In this document: positions 23,567 to 36,798 of the stretch, in pieces
How positions within the stretch are numbered: position 1 is the stretch's first letter
How the letters are laid out: every line of letters starts with the position of its first letter
NCBI GenBank assembly: GCA_964016885.1
Contig: OZ024745.1
Span: forward strand, 118,358,001-118,422,000
Direction: 5' to 3'
Length of the DNA stretch: 64,000 bases
Source of the DNA: Eledone cirrhosa
Taxonomy: Eukaryota
Made by a program: the position numbers and the translations under genes
Notes under the pieces: model-generated
Database searches by the model: none
What the model saw: the letters and a program-made list of their open reading frames with translations, nothing else
What the model was told of the DNA's origin: nothing

Positions 23567-24052
23567 ACGCCTGTCTCTATCTCCGTTTGATTGTCAAAAT
23601 AGATATTAACATTCTTTATTAGTCTTAATTCTATCAACTCTTCTATTATTTACCTTTTAATATAAACTGCTATAGATAAAATGAGATTTCTGATTTCTTA
23701 ATTCAATTCCCTAATGCATATACCAGCTGGCTACTAGCATTGATGTTATTTAGTAGCAATCGAAATCTCCCCCTTCCCCAATTGACACTTTATAATTAAT
23801 ACTACTACACCAAATGACCAGCTCTGTCCACTGTCCAATTGGTCAAGTAGAGATTAAAATTGGCACTCCCAAAAATTCTTATTTAGATAAAATGAACCAT
23901 TTACTCATGGTATTCTCATTAGAAACCCATTATATACTTGTTTAGCAGTAAATTGAATTAACATCTGTCATACACTATCCCCTCTTTTTCTTCCTCTATT
24001 ACTAATATAAATACTTCAATTTTTCTGATTTTATCCAATTTATCCAAAATCT

Positions 24053-24175
24053 CTGAAGAAGTGACAACTGATTATACATTTGCTATCGAATACTTGCTAA
24101 CATTATATGATTACGCAAGCAGCGATACATAGGTATTCCGTCTGTTACAGAAACATATGTCAATACCTAATAAAT
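24053..24175 (+). ncRNA. Hammerhead-like motif in the Penelope 3' pLTR
   Basis: CTGAAGA, stem II GTGACA/TGTTAC with a long insert, GAAAC, palindromic stem III ACATATGT, triplet GTC. A canonical stem I is not evident. Confidence 0.5.
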
Positions 24176-24215
24176 TCCTTTTTTAAAAAAAGCACTTTCA
24201 TTTTATATTCATCCT

Positions 24216-24269
<54 letters not shown>

Positions 24270-24345
24270 CGAAGGAATTGTGGTAAAGTACCAGATGAAC
24301 CATAACGCACCAAAGTACTCAATACTTAGGGTAGTAGAGTGGGTA

Positions 24346-24465
24346 ATAGGAACAAGTATGATCTCGACGGAAGAGCTCAAGCCGTTTCGACGGGTATTTC
24401 TGGACGGTATGTCCAGAAATAGCCGTCGAAACAGCTTGAGCTCTGCCGTTGGGGTCATACTTGTT

Positions 24466-24470
<5 letters not shown>
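24346..24470. repeat. Imperfect hairpin, 60-bp arms, 5-nt loop
   Basis: 24346-24405 pairs with 24411-24470, with six non-Watson-Crick positions. Confidence 0.93.
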
Positions 24471-24526
<56 letters not shown>

Positions 24527-24576
24527 GTATACACACAAATACATGTATATATATATATATACATATATTATAGATA

Positions 24577-24613
<37 letters not shown>

Positions 24614-25017
24614 AAACGAAAAATCAGTGATGCATCTGAACTCAATTTATTATGTGTTACAATTGTTTCGCCGGCAGACAGCTCGAGACACGATCATTGT
24701 GTGGATCTGTCTAATTCTGGATCTGCAGGTTCGACAGACACTTCTAATGACTTTGGATCAATATATATATATACACACATATATATATAACTATTAGGTC
24801 CTGAAGAACGAAGGGTAAAAGAGGGCATAGAGTTTAACTTATCTTACAAATGAAAATAGTGAACAAGCACACTATAACCTTATATATATAATTCTTTTAA
24901 GTTTATTTTATTCCATGTCAGACCATGTCTTCCCCATGCCTCATATTCCATTACTTATTCTCCATGGCCCATCCCCTGTCAATCGTCAATCACCCCTAAG
25001 GTGGTTTCTATGGAAAA

Positions 25018-25130
25018 TGGACTGGAGCAATGCAAAATAAAGTGTCTTGCTCAAGGAGACAATGTGCTCCTGGGATTCAAACTCACAACCTTACAAATGT
25101 TACCTGAAAACCCTAACCATTAAGCTGTGC
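25018..25130 (-). mobile_element. SINE family B fragment
   Basis: AAATAAAGTGTCTTGCTCAAGGA ... GGGATTCAAACTCACAACC. Confidence 0.7.
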
Positions 25131-25371
25131 TGAAACAAAATGTCATATACACATTAATAGTACGAAATCGAAAGACAGAGAGAAGAAAAGAGCATTTCGA
25201 TGGATGATGAAAAAAAAAAACCGTTTCAGTGAGATCTATTCCCTAATCTGATTGGCTTTCTGTCACCTTTTCACTCCTTGCATTAATGAATATTTTCATT
25301 GATAGAAATGATGTAAGCTTATATTTATGTGTTTGTTTATCTTTTATTCTTTTCGAAATTAAGAAACTCCA

Positions 25372-25595
25372 TGTTTCCATAAAACTGTTGGATGAAGTTA
25401 TGAAAGTGACAGAAAGAATGTTAGCAAAATTAAGTAGGGAAAGAGTCAAATTAGATGAGATGCAGTTTGGTTTTGTGCCAGGAGGCAGCATCATAGTTGT
25501 TATCTTCTTAGTGAGACAATTACAAGAGAAGTTTCGAGTTAAGTGCAAGCTCCTATGCTTAGCTTTTGTAGATCTGGAGAAGGCATTTGACAAGT
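25372..25595 (+). mobile_element. RTE RT fragment
   Basis: IKLLDEVMKVTER...DEMQFGFVPG...LAFVDLEKAFD. Confidence 0.85.
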
Positions 25596-25614
25596 GGGAT
25601 AGCAGGTAGTTTAG

Positions 25615-25835
25615 CCCTTTAGCATTTACATTGTTCTATATTTACTATTATATTTTCACAGTAAAGGTTTTACCTCACATAATTATCTCATGTAATATTG
25701 AATCTATGAGATTTTGATATTATTTATTTTTAGAACAATACCTTAACATCAGTATGAGTGGCATGTTACAGCCGGTTTAAACTGAAAGAGGTGAGAGAAT
25801 TCCAGTCGGTTGTGGCTGGTTTACATGCTAAAGGG
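25615..25835. mobile_element. piggyBac-type MITE
   Basis: CCCTTTAGCATTTA ... ATGCTAAAGGG|TTAA, opposite orientation to the 15366 copy. Confidence 0.85.
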
Positions 25836-26224
25836 TTAATGATCAAAAGGTTAGTGATATTATGTTCAAAAAGGCTAACAAAAATATTTTCAGAGAAGAC
25901 TGCATATTTTTGAATAATTTAAAAATAGATTACCAACTTCTAGTCAACAATTTTTTCCCTCAACATGAATGCATAAGAATGTGTGTGTGTGTATGTGTGT
26001 AAAATAGATTTATTTTCAAAAACACCTATACATTATTTATGAAAGTATGTATACATGTATATACATGCATTCACATATAAGCACAGGGTATGATATATTA
26101 CAGAGATATTCATATACGCACAGCCGATTCATCACCCATACACACAAATTCCTCCACAAATATTACGAATACACATACAATACATACGAATGTAGATTTT
26201 ATGTATTTGTATATGTACATAAAA

Positions 26225-26268
26225 TTATATATATATATAGGTAGGTATATACAAGAGATGTGTGTGTG

Positions 26269-26299
<31 letters not shown>

Positions 26300-26317
26300 A
26301 TATGTATATATACATAT

Positions 26318-26382
<65 letters not shown>

Positions 26383-26414
26383 TGTGTGTATATGTGTATA
26401 TACATATACATACA

Positions 26415-26460
<46 letters not shown>

Positions 26461-26487
26461 AGTGAAGAAATAAGGAAGAGATTAAAA

Positions 26488-26534
<47 letters not shown>

Positions 26535-26665
26535 AGTACCGATGTATATATGCAAAATGCAAGTGTGCGTGCATAATTGTATTATTGTTTGGTAAATGTC
26601 AGACTGAAAAAAACAATAAAATATACATCATCATCATCATCATATATATATATATACACACAGAT

Positions 26666-26716
<51 letters not shown>

Positions 26717-26717
26717 G

Positions 26718-26784
<67 letters not shown>

Positions 26785-27363
26785 CATACACAGACACACA
26801 CACACATATAGACACACACACATATACAAACACACACACATACACATATATACAAAAAACATATATAAATAGTCATGCTAACATGTAGAAAAATGTTGAT
26901 GCATAACATTGGAACTCTCAACACTGTTGTTTGCACAGATTGAACTCAATTTCCATCTACTTTGCAGAATTTAATGACAATTAAACTTCTGCACAATCTG
27001 GAATTTAAGGTTTGCTTCCAAAGAATGTTTGAGTGATTCCAAGCATATAAAATGGGAAGATATGGATTATAAATGAAAATAGATTAGGAAAGAAAGAGAC
27101 AAAGAAAGATAGAGAGGCGGAAATTGGGAAACAAAAGAGACAGAAAGAAATGAAGAAATCCTAAGATACAAATATACAACAAAATTGGCAGAGTTAAGAA
27201 GAAATTCCTCATTTCCTTTCTTTCCTGAAATGTATAGATAGGAATTTCTAGATTAGGTTTGAAGTGTAGTACACACACACACACTCACACACACACATAT
27301 ATATATATATACACACACCCACACGTGTGCATATATATATATATATATATATACACATCCACA

Positions 27364-27408
<45 letters not shown>

Positions 27409-27680
27409 TCACACATATATATATATACACACACACACACGTGTATATATATATATATATACACTCACACACATATATATATATACATACATATACACAT
27501 ATTTATTTACACACTTTTACATACATACACATATATATACATGCTAGCGTGGAAGATAGATGTTAAATGATGATGATGATATATATATACACACACACAC
27601 ACATACATACACATATAAATACACACACATACACACACATATAAATACACACACACAGCACATAGACATACATATGTACT
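26225..27680. repeat. Compound (TA)n/(CA)n/(GA)n microsatellite clusters
   Basis: Direct reading of the sequence, interrupted by unique sequence at ~26880-27270. Confidence 0.85.
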
Positions 27681-27951
27681 TCAGAATAGTTTTCCTCAGT
27701 AGAACAGAAGAGAACCCCAATTAAATCAGGTACTCAATGGATTAGTAGAGAAGGTACACATTATGTCAAATACAAATGGCTCCGACAGGACGAGAACTGT
27801 TTCATTTATTTGAAATCATTGTGGATGTCTTGTGTGACAGATTGACAAAATTGTTAAAGTTTTGGACAAAATTTTTTGTGGCAATTAGTTATGATAATAA
27901 TGAAATGGCCCTTTACATTCTGAGATCAAATCCTGCTAGGGGTCAGTGTGT

Positions 27952-28885
27952 ATCATCATCATCATCATCATCATCATCATCGTTTAACGTCTATCTTCCA
28001 CTCTAGCATGGGTTTATTTAATTGTCCCACGTGAGCAAGATTGGTTGTCTCGCTCGTATAAGACTGTCTGGCGGGTTTTCTATGGCTGGATGCCCTTCCT
28101 AACACCAACCACGTTTACAGTGTGGACTGGGAGGTTTTTACCGTGTTACCTACACAGCCACATTACAGCGTGAACTGTGTGTTTTTTTTTTGTCGTGACA
28201 CCTACACAACCTCATTTATTTAGGACTGGATGTTGTGGTACCAACATAACTTTACAGAGAAAGGTGTGGTGTAGATGGGGGTAGGGGTAGTGAGATGGGG
28301 GTGTATTTTTTCGTTAGGAGGTGCCTACTGACTGTAGGTTTCGCTTTGTACTTAGGCAAGGCGGGTCTTCCAGTGACATTGTCTTGGAGAGGTGTAAGTG
28401 TGTAAGGTCGGAATTTATCAAGTTGTCCCAGGTTTTTCTGGGTCTGCCTACTCCATAGCTTCCATCTATTTTGATCGACCTGCACTTTCATGTGCATCAC
28501 GTGACCATACCAACGTAGTCTTCTCTCGAGTAAACAGCATCTGATCCCTCTTATTCCTAATTTCTCACTTAGTTCATTTATGCTTTGCCGTTCACGTATA
28601 TTACGATTACACATCCAACAGAGCATGGAAGCTTCGTTCCTCTCCACTCTGTACAGATCCTCTGCACACAATGCCAATGTCTCACTGCCATGCACCCATA
28701 CTTTGCATTTGGGACATAACATGGAGTTTCTGCCTACTCCTTTCATACACACTGAGCATGGCCATTTCCCAGAGGGGACCAGTGCCTTATTTTCCTTCCT
28801 ACATACTAGAACTTTAGCCTTAGACAAGTTAATTTTAAGGCCTTTTGATTCTAGGCCATGCTTCCAGGTTTGGAATTTCTTCTCT
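27952..28885 (-). mobile_element. RTE LINE copy with internal deletions
   Basis: Collinear with the 30474-33280 copy, but KVWVH is fused to HGSE (deletion of ~300 bp). Has an (ATC)n tail. Confidence 0.9.
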
Positions 28886-29139
28886 CATATATATATATAT
28901 ATATATATATCAAAGGTATATATTGAGTTAGAAACTCAAAATAGTCTCTTAAAATTATAGTTGTCACAATTTCGGTTTGTACTTTTTTTCTTTCTTAATT
29001 TATTCTTTTATATTGAGTCTGGCAAACCCTATTCTTCATAGTTAGTATTTTTTTTCACCCTAGTGAATCTGGTCCTTTACGATTTGAACACACATATGTA
29101 TATATCTGTGTTTATATATCTGTGTTTATTATTTGAAAT

Positions 29140-29575
29140 GTGTGCATCCCAACACTAGTCACCATAATAAAAGTTAATTATTTCAATAATAGTTGAGAAA
29201 ATCGGGTAAAATATACTAGAGACTGGAAAAAGTGGATAGACAGGCCTGTTAAGCATCAAACCCTGCATCTCTCAGATGCTGGCTCAGTGTGTTAACCATT
29301 ATGCTTAAAAAAACACTGGCCACCAATTCTGTCATTTTAGAAGATTTTAAGCATTGCAGTTCAAAGTAAAAAACAAAGCAGTTGACTTAAGAATTGGGAA
29401 AATTAAAAATTTGATATGTGGGTGTCCTAATGCAAATGACCATAATAGTAATTGATCACTATAAATAATAATTAAGAAAATTGGGTAAAATGTTCCTGGA
29501 GACAGAAAAAGTGGACATCTATCGGATGCTCTGTGAGTGCATTAACTGTTATGCTAAGAATTCCCTGGCCACTGA
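29140..29575 (-). mobile_element. Two tandem, old tRNA-like SINE copies (family C)
   Basis: Diverged direct repeat with a period of ~280 bp (GAAAAT.GGGTAAAAT...GAGAC.G.AAAAGTGGA). The minus strand has AGCATAATGGTTAA and GGGTTTGATGC box-like motifs. Confidence 0.45.
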
Positions 29576-30473
29576 ATTTAAGTCTGAACAGTGAAAAAAA
29601 TAGGGAGTGGGGGAGGTATAGTGATGAGAATACTTACTGAAAAGCTATGACAAGTGGAGAGGGATTTAACAGGGTAAGGGTGGAGTGGGATGAAGTAATT
29701 TCTAAAAATGTTACTGTCAGCCAGACAGATAGATCATCCCAACATTTTAAGTTTGACTTTCAGGCTAACATGATAGATTCTGGGGATGTCTAATTTAATA
29801 ACACTACCTAGCATAGACTTTTAAGTCATACTTTGGTTATATAGTCCTCTCAACTCTAACAATGGAAGTAGGGGGAACATCACCACTATTAATGGCCTCT
29901 TGGCCAACCCATTCCAGTAGATAAAGAAAATTTATTGGCTGGATTTAACTTAGTGATTGCCACATCAAAGATAAAATTTTTGATGGGCGAGGAACTAAGA
30001 TCTATGGCTCTGGAAGCTTGTCAGGAAAACCATAAATCAGTTTGAAAACTAAATACGGAGGGCAAGCAAGTAGTGAGCAGTTAATCAAACCCCAACATCT
30101 ATGCCTGCGAACAAGTCTAAAACAAAGTAAAGTTTCAATTCATGTGGGGACAGGATTTTTAAAGAGCAGCATCAAATAGAAGTCTGCCCTCTTATCAATA
30201 CCCTGTATTGCATTAGAAATACATTATGTAATAGATATATTGTATGCAATACTGTTTGGGAGGGGGGGGGGTCATGGTAGTGATTGTGTGATGAAAGTGT
30301 TATGTAATTAAGTGGACCTTACAGGGTCGATAAAATAAACCACCAGTAATGCACTGGGGGTAATTGCTGGCTTTGTGCCAAAAGTAGAAACAGTTATGTA
30401 ATTAAGATAATCACAGAAATATGTATTACAGAAAATTACATAAACTGAAATAAGGAAATCTAGCCTTTGTAAT

Positions 30474-33280
30474 TATCATCATCATCATCATCATCAACGT
30501 TTAACGTCCGTGTTCCACGCTTGCATGGGTTTGGACGGGGGTAGTCCCACTTGAGGCAAGAGTGATTGTCTTGCTCGCATAGGACTGTCTGGCAGGTTTT
30601 CTACAGTTGGATGCCCTTCCTAACACCAACCACATTTACAGTGTGGGTCTGGGAGGTTTTTACCGTGTTGCCTACACGGCCACATTACAGCGTGGACTGT
30701 GTGTTTTTTTGTCGTGACACCTACACGATCTCATTTGTTTCGGCCTGGATGGCGCGGCACCAACATAACTTTACATAGAACGGGGTGGTGTGGATGGGGT
30801 GGGGGTGGTGGCGGGACGGGGTGTATTTTGTTAGAGATGCCTACTGGCAAGGCGGGTCTTCTCTGTTACTGAATACCGCCAAAGGTCTCGGTCCAGTGAC
30901 ATTGTCTTGGAGAGGTGTAAGTGTGTGAGGTCGGAGTTTATCAGCTCATCCCATGTTTTTCTAGGTCTGCCTATTCCGTGGCTACCGTCTATCTTTATTG
31001 CCCTGCACTTTGTTATACAGCTATCGACTTTCATGCGCATCACGTGTCCATACCAACGCAGCCTTCTCTCGAGTAAACAACATCTGATCCCTCTTATCTC
31101 TAATTTTTTCCTTAGTTCGTTTATGCTTTGCCGTTCACGTATATTACTGTTACACATCCAGCGGAGCATGCAAGCTTCGTTCCTCTCTAGTCTGCGTATA
31201 TCCTCTGCACACAATGCCCAGGTCTCACTACCATGCAACATTGCTGTTCGTATGCAGGCATCGTACAACCTGCCTTTCATTTTTAGGGAGAACCCTTTAG
31301 CAGCTAATAGTGGTATAAGCTCTCTGAACTTTTTCCAACCAGTTCTGACTCTAGCTACAGTACTTTCAGAGCACCCTCCCCCACTGCTGATTTTATCGCC
31401 CAGGTAACGGAAGCTGTCCACTATTTCTATAGAACCCTCTGCGCAATTGAAAGAGCTAGTATTTTGTGGGCACTTGCTGCTACTTATTGCACCAGAACAC
31501 CGGCCACATGTAAAATCTATGTTCTTAGTTAGCTTACCTGTGATCCCACTACATCTTTTATGCACCCATACTTTGCATTTAGGACATAAAATGGAGTTTC
31601 TACCTACGCCTTTCCTACACACCGAGCACGACCATTTCCCAGAAGGGACCGCCGCCTTGTTTTCTTTCCTACAAACTAGAACTTTGGTCTTAGCCAGGTT
31701 AATTTTAAGTCCTTTTGACTCTAGGCTGTGCTTCCATGTTTGGAATTTCTTCTCTAGCTCGGCCATTGATTCCGCTATGAGTGTCAGGTCGTCTGCGTAT
31801 AGGAGTTCCCATGGGCAGCCTGTCTTGAACTCCTCTGTTATAGCCTGAAGGGCAATAATAAATAGTAGGGGGCTGAGAACAGAGCCCTGATGGACGCCAA
31901 CTTTTACGCTAAACTCTTCACTATATTCGTTGTTAATTCTAACCTTGCTGACTGTTTCTTTATACATGGCTTGTATAGCCCTCACAAGCCATTCGTCAAC
32001 GCCTAGTTTTCTAAGAGCCCACCAGATAATGGAGCGGGGGACTCTGTCGAAGGCTTTCTCCAGGTCGACAAAAGCTAAGTAGAGGGGGTCTACCTTTAGC
32101 TAGGTACTTCTCCTGTAGTTGTCATACTATGAAAAGGGCGTCTGTGGTGCTTTTGCCTGACACAAACCCGAACTGCATTTCATCTAGGTCAATTCTCTCT
32201 CTGATTAGTTGCGCTATTACTTTTTCCGTGACCTTCATGACCTGGTCGATTAATTTAATGCCTCTATAGTTACTCCTATCTAGGGCGTCTCCTTTACCCT
32301 TATAACAGTTAACGATGATGCTGCTATGCCAGTCCTTCGGAACAACCCCATTCTGTACGACTTGGTTAACTATGCGAGTGACCATGGTGTGTCCCACCGT
32401 GCCAGATGCCTTCAGCATCTCAGCAACTATTTCCGAAGGCCCAGCCGCCTTACCCGTCTTCATATCCTTGATTGCCTTACTTATCCCCTCGACTAACACT
32501 GCTGGTCCCTCTATCGGGTCGATATGGGGGAGACTGTCTTTCTCCCATTTATTCTCCTCATTTAGTAGCCTTTCATAGTGACACTTCCAAGCTACCTTCT
32601 TATCAGTGTCGGTGATGGCAAGTATGCCATCATCGTTAAGTACACACTTCTCCCCGACAATATCACGGTTTTCCTTGACGCATTGCCTGGCAATCCTGAA
32701 CACCTCACGTTTTTGGTCATCGCGTTGTAGAACATGCTTGAACTTTCTTTCCTCAGCTTCCCTTCTTGCTAAGTACACTTCTCTCCTAGCTTCCCTCCTG
32801 GCCACTTGATAGTCTACTCTACTTCCCCCATCCCGCCATACTTTCCAAGCCTGCTTTTTGGCCTTAATTGACCCCTCCACCCTACTGTTCCACCACCAAG
32901 TTACTCTCCTCCTGCCTACAGGCCTGCTCCAGCCACAGACTTCGTCTGTCGCCAACAGCAGGTTTGCTTTCAGAAATTCCCACTGTCCCTCTATATTGTC
33001 CGATTCTAGATGCTCTTCCTTACTGTCGAAAGCATCAAGTAATATGCTTTGAAATTTATTTCTGGCTGTGGGGTCCTTTAGTTTCCATATTTTCCTCCTG
33101 AGGATAGTCCTCTTCTGCTGTCGAGTACGTCTCGTCCTGACTATGAGGTCGCTAATTATCAGTCTATGTTGGGAGGTGCATTCTTCATGGGGGAGGGATT
33201 TAGTGTTTACAACAGACACTCTGTCACGTCTTCTGGTAAGGATATAATCTACCTGGCTTGTGTGTTCCCCTGATTTATAT
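30474..33280 (-). mobile_element. Long 5'-truncated RTE LINE
   Basis: End of the AP endonuclease (SQVDYIL, SQHRLI), WWWN linker, complete RT, 3' UTR and (GAT)n tail. The 5' end abuts (TA)n. Confidence 0.96.
30831..33280 (-). pseudogene. RTE endonuclease/reverse transcriptase ORF with a stop and a frameshift
   Basis: ORFs 32122-33375 and 30831-31985 join across a TGA at 32122-32124 (an Arg codon in the sister copy) and a +1 shift near 32085. Confidence 0.9.
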
Positions 33281-33537
33281 ATATATATATATATAATGCA
33301 TGAGTATATTGTATATACATAATGTGTATATGTATATCTATGTATGTGTATACACACATACATACGCAAATTCATCTATATCTAGCATTCTGTAGCTTAT
33401 CAAGAGGAATTCCCTTCATCTTTAGATATTTGGTTACCACTGTAAGCTCTGCAGTCTAAATTTAAACAGATATAACTTCCTACTCCACACTCTTTTCTCT
33501 CTCTTTATATACTTGCACATAAATACCTGCAAATATA

Positions 33538-33583
<46 letters not shown>

Positions 33584-33586
<3 letters not shown>

Positions 33587-34185
33587 TCATCATCATCATC
33601 ATTATCATCATAATCATCATCATCATTTTACGTCTGCTTTTCCCTGCTTGCAAGAGTGGAATGGGTCTTCTTCAGCACAGCATCTCTCCATTTGTCACAG
33701 TCCCTCGTCATCTCCTCTGTGAGCTTCAGCGATCTAAGGTCAGCTCTCACCACCTCCGCCCATGATTTTCATGGTATTCCTCTACACCGTCTTCCTTCAA
33801 CTGGCATTTCTTGGCACTACTTCACCCAGCTGTCATCCTCCATGCGCATCACATGTCCATACCAACGCATTCTTCTCTCCCGCATGCTACAGCTTATCCC
33901 TCTTATACACAGTTTCTCTCTCAACTCATCTATGCTTGGTCGTTCACGCACATTGACATTACACATCCATCGGAGCATGCTTGCTTCATTTCTCTCCAGC
34001 CGTCACATACTCTGTAGTTGCTGCCCAAGTCTCACTACCATGCAGCATCACGCACCTCACACTTTCGTTCATAGGGAGAAACCTGTTGTTGTCAACAGAA
34101 GAAGCAACTCCCTAAACTTCTTCCAATCCTTCCATTCTAGATACTATGGCCTCGGAGCATCCTTTTCCCTTGCTCATCTGATTTG
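33584..34185 (-). mobile_element. RTE 3' fragment, third subfamily (short 3' UTR)
   Basis: Minus strand encodes RLERNEASMLRWMC...RWYGHVMRMEDDSWVK. Tail GCAAGCAGGGAAAAGCAGACGTAAAA(TGA)n. Confidence 0.85.
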
Positions 34186-35846
34186 AAAACTATAATTTTC
34201 AAATTCTTGATAATTATCAAGAATTTGGACAGATTTAATAATAAACCTATCTTTGTCATTATTAAGCTGGTGTTTGGAGCATAACTTAATAAAGGTTTTT
34301 CCATAACATTATGATGGAAAGTTTTTAGATAAATATAAACATTTTAAAATAAGCAATTTTGTGTCATAGAACCAGAGGTAGTTTCAGGTGGTTTGTTATA
34401 AAATGGGTTAACTCTGTATTATATTTCCTCTCTCTCTCAAGACCCCTCCCCCATGTTACCGTTATAGAGTTGAAACAGTTTCAGTGAAATGTTAACAACA
34501 TTAACCCTTTAGTTACCCACCAAACCAAAACTGGCTCGGATTCTACGAAATAAAACCACCCATTTTAAAGGTTCCCAATTTAGATTAAAATCTTTCAACA
34601 TAATTTTATATATGAACTTTACATTAAGTTACTATCTTAATAATGAAATAATTAATAATTTTATTCAATACTCCAAAATTCTTCATTAATTAAAATAGGG
34701 CGTATTTCATTAGAAATGCAGTCATGATCTTGGAAGGGCTGCAAATGTCATCAGCACAGCTTCTTTCTCCACAAGAAACCGATAAATATTAGTGTATATA
34801 TGACTACATTGTTCATTCAAAGTGTTTGTCAATTTGTAGAATATTAAGATATGATCTGAGGGAGAATTTGCTGCTGTTTCTAACAGGTCAAGTAACTATG
34901 CAGCTGCTTCATTATTGGGAAGTGACCGGAATAGTACAATGTCAGACTAAAAACTGCACACTATGTAGTTCCCTTTACTGCCTGTATTAAGATTCTGCAT
35001 TGTACCAGAGTCAATTGAATCTCACTAACTGGGTCAATTCAATTGTATATATAACTTCTCTTTAAGAAAAAAAAATGTTTTGTCTAGTCAAAAAAAATCA
35101 ATATTATAATAAACATTACAGCACCACTGGCTTGGAGACTGGAAATAATCAATGTAATACTATTCATAGTTGCCATTACTGCATTACACCTATGTTCTTG
35201 TGTAACTATTGCACTCCTTTCTTTTGAAATTCATTTTGTTAACCTTCAACCTAAGAGTTGCTAAACTGAACAGTTATAATTTCTTCAATTAATATAACTA
35301 ATTGTCCACTTTTAACATTTTAATATCTCTCTCAATATTCTATAATCACTGACTGTTTCAAGATCACAGCTTGTGGCAATACCAGGTAAATGATTGAATA
35401 GTCAAATTTTCTTGTTAATGATTTAACTCCTTCACAGTTTGCTACTGTAGGCAACATTATTTAATGGATCATAGCAATTACATCGGTAACCTATATCATG
35501 TTAAGTATTTCACAGAATACAGCTGCTAGCACTACTCAGCATTTTACTCTTTCCTACCATCATTGGCAGCTTTCTCTACACTACTATCTTTTGTTCTAAA
35601 CTACAATAAGTTCTTAAGGACTAAAAGCGAAAACCAGCCTTCACACTATGGTAGAATTGAATTTAAACTCACATGTGAGTTTAAATTCTCTCCAAGCATA
35701 AAATATCATCTTCACCATGGTTTAATGCCTGTATTTACTGCAACAATCTCATGCTCTACCGAGTGCATGATTTATTGTAGCAGCATCGCTAGGGAAGTTG
35801 TCAAATTTTTTAAATAGCTGAAGAGTCCTCCCAACCCTTTGTTTTA

Positions 35847-36067
35847 CCCTTTAACATTTACATTACTCTATATTTACTATTGTATTTTTGTGGTAAACAC
35901 TTTAACTTACATAATTATCTCACATAATATGGAATCTATGAGATTTTGATATTATTTATTTTGGAAACAATACCTTAATATCAGTTGAGCGGCAGGTTAC
36001 AACCGGTTTGAACAGAAAGTGGTGAGAGAATTCTGGCTGGATATGGCTGGTTTAAATGCTAAAAGGG
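35847..36067. mobile_element. piggyBac-type MITE
   Basis: CCCTTTAACATTTA ... TTAAATGCTAAAAGGG|TTAA. Confidence 0.85.
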
Positions 36068-36730
36068 TTAACATGTTTTCTATGACTAGATACCCTTCTT
36101 ATCAATAACCATTTTAGAGAGAACACTGGTTGCTAAGTTCACTAGGAATAGGTACCAGAACTTTCCAGGAATGTTATCAGAGACTGACTAAAACCCTACC
36201 CACCAAAAGTCCCTTAAATCCATGAAACTATAATAAACCACTATTTATCATGAGTCTCTTGTGCTTTTTGGCTTTTACAGGCATTTACATTTCTTTATAA
36301 ACTTTCTCAGGATAAATCAGCAGGCAAATAGTTTGATTCGAAATATCAAATACATTTTCTTTTAAAAAGTCTCATTCAATTTAATTCCATACTTTGATTC
36401 CATATTTAACATGTAAATGTTAAAAATAACATTTTGTGCTCAGGTGTCTAATAAACGCTTTTTCAATGTTTAACTGATTTTGTTTAGAGTTGAGAAATAT
36501 ATTTTTTCTTCCAGATATGAAGTAAATTTTTGCCAGATGACGTGGATAGAAATTTCTTTCATAAATGTGACAACAGATTTTTACCTTGGATGTTTGAGAG
36601 AATATATTTCCACATATCTATGGATTATATTCCCCCATTAGTGGGGATTAAATCAAAAATGTAGAAGACAGCTTTATATTCAAACTTGCCTTCAGATATA
36701 CGGCAGTCTCTCTCTTTCTCATATATGCAT

Positions 36731-36798
<68 letters not shown>

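Larger units (their letters stand above)
22410..24218 (+). mobile_element. 5'-truncated Penelope-like retroelement with 3' pLTR
   Basis: RT C-terminus, thumb and GIY-YIG ORF, followed by a 3' UTR with a hammerhead-like motif and AATAAA. Both ends abut (TA)n. Confidence 0.88.

Noticed and set aside
30907-33101. Plus-strand ORFs overlapping RTE copies (also 10432-11547)
   Set aside because: They are antisense shadows of the RT reading frame.
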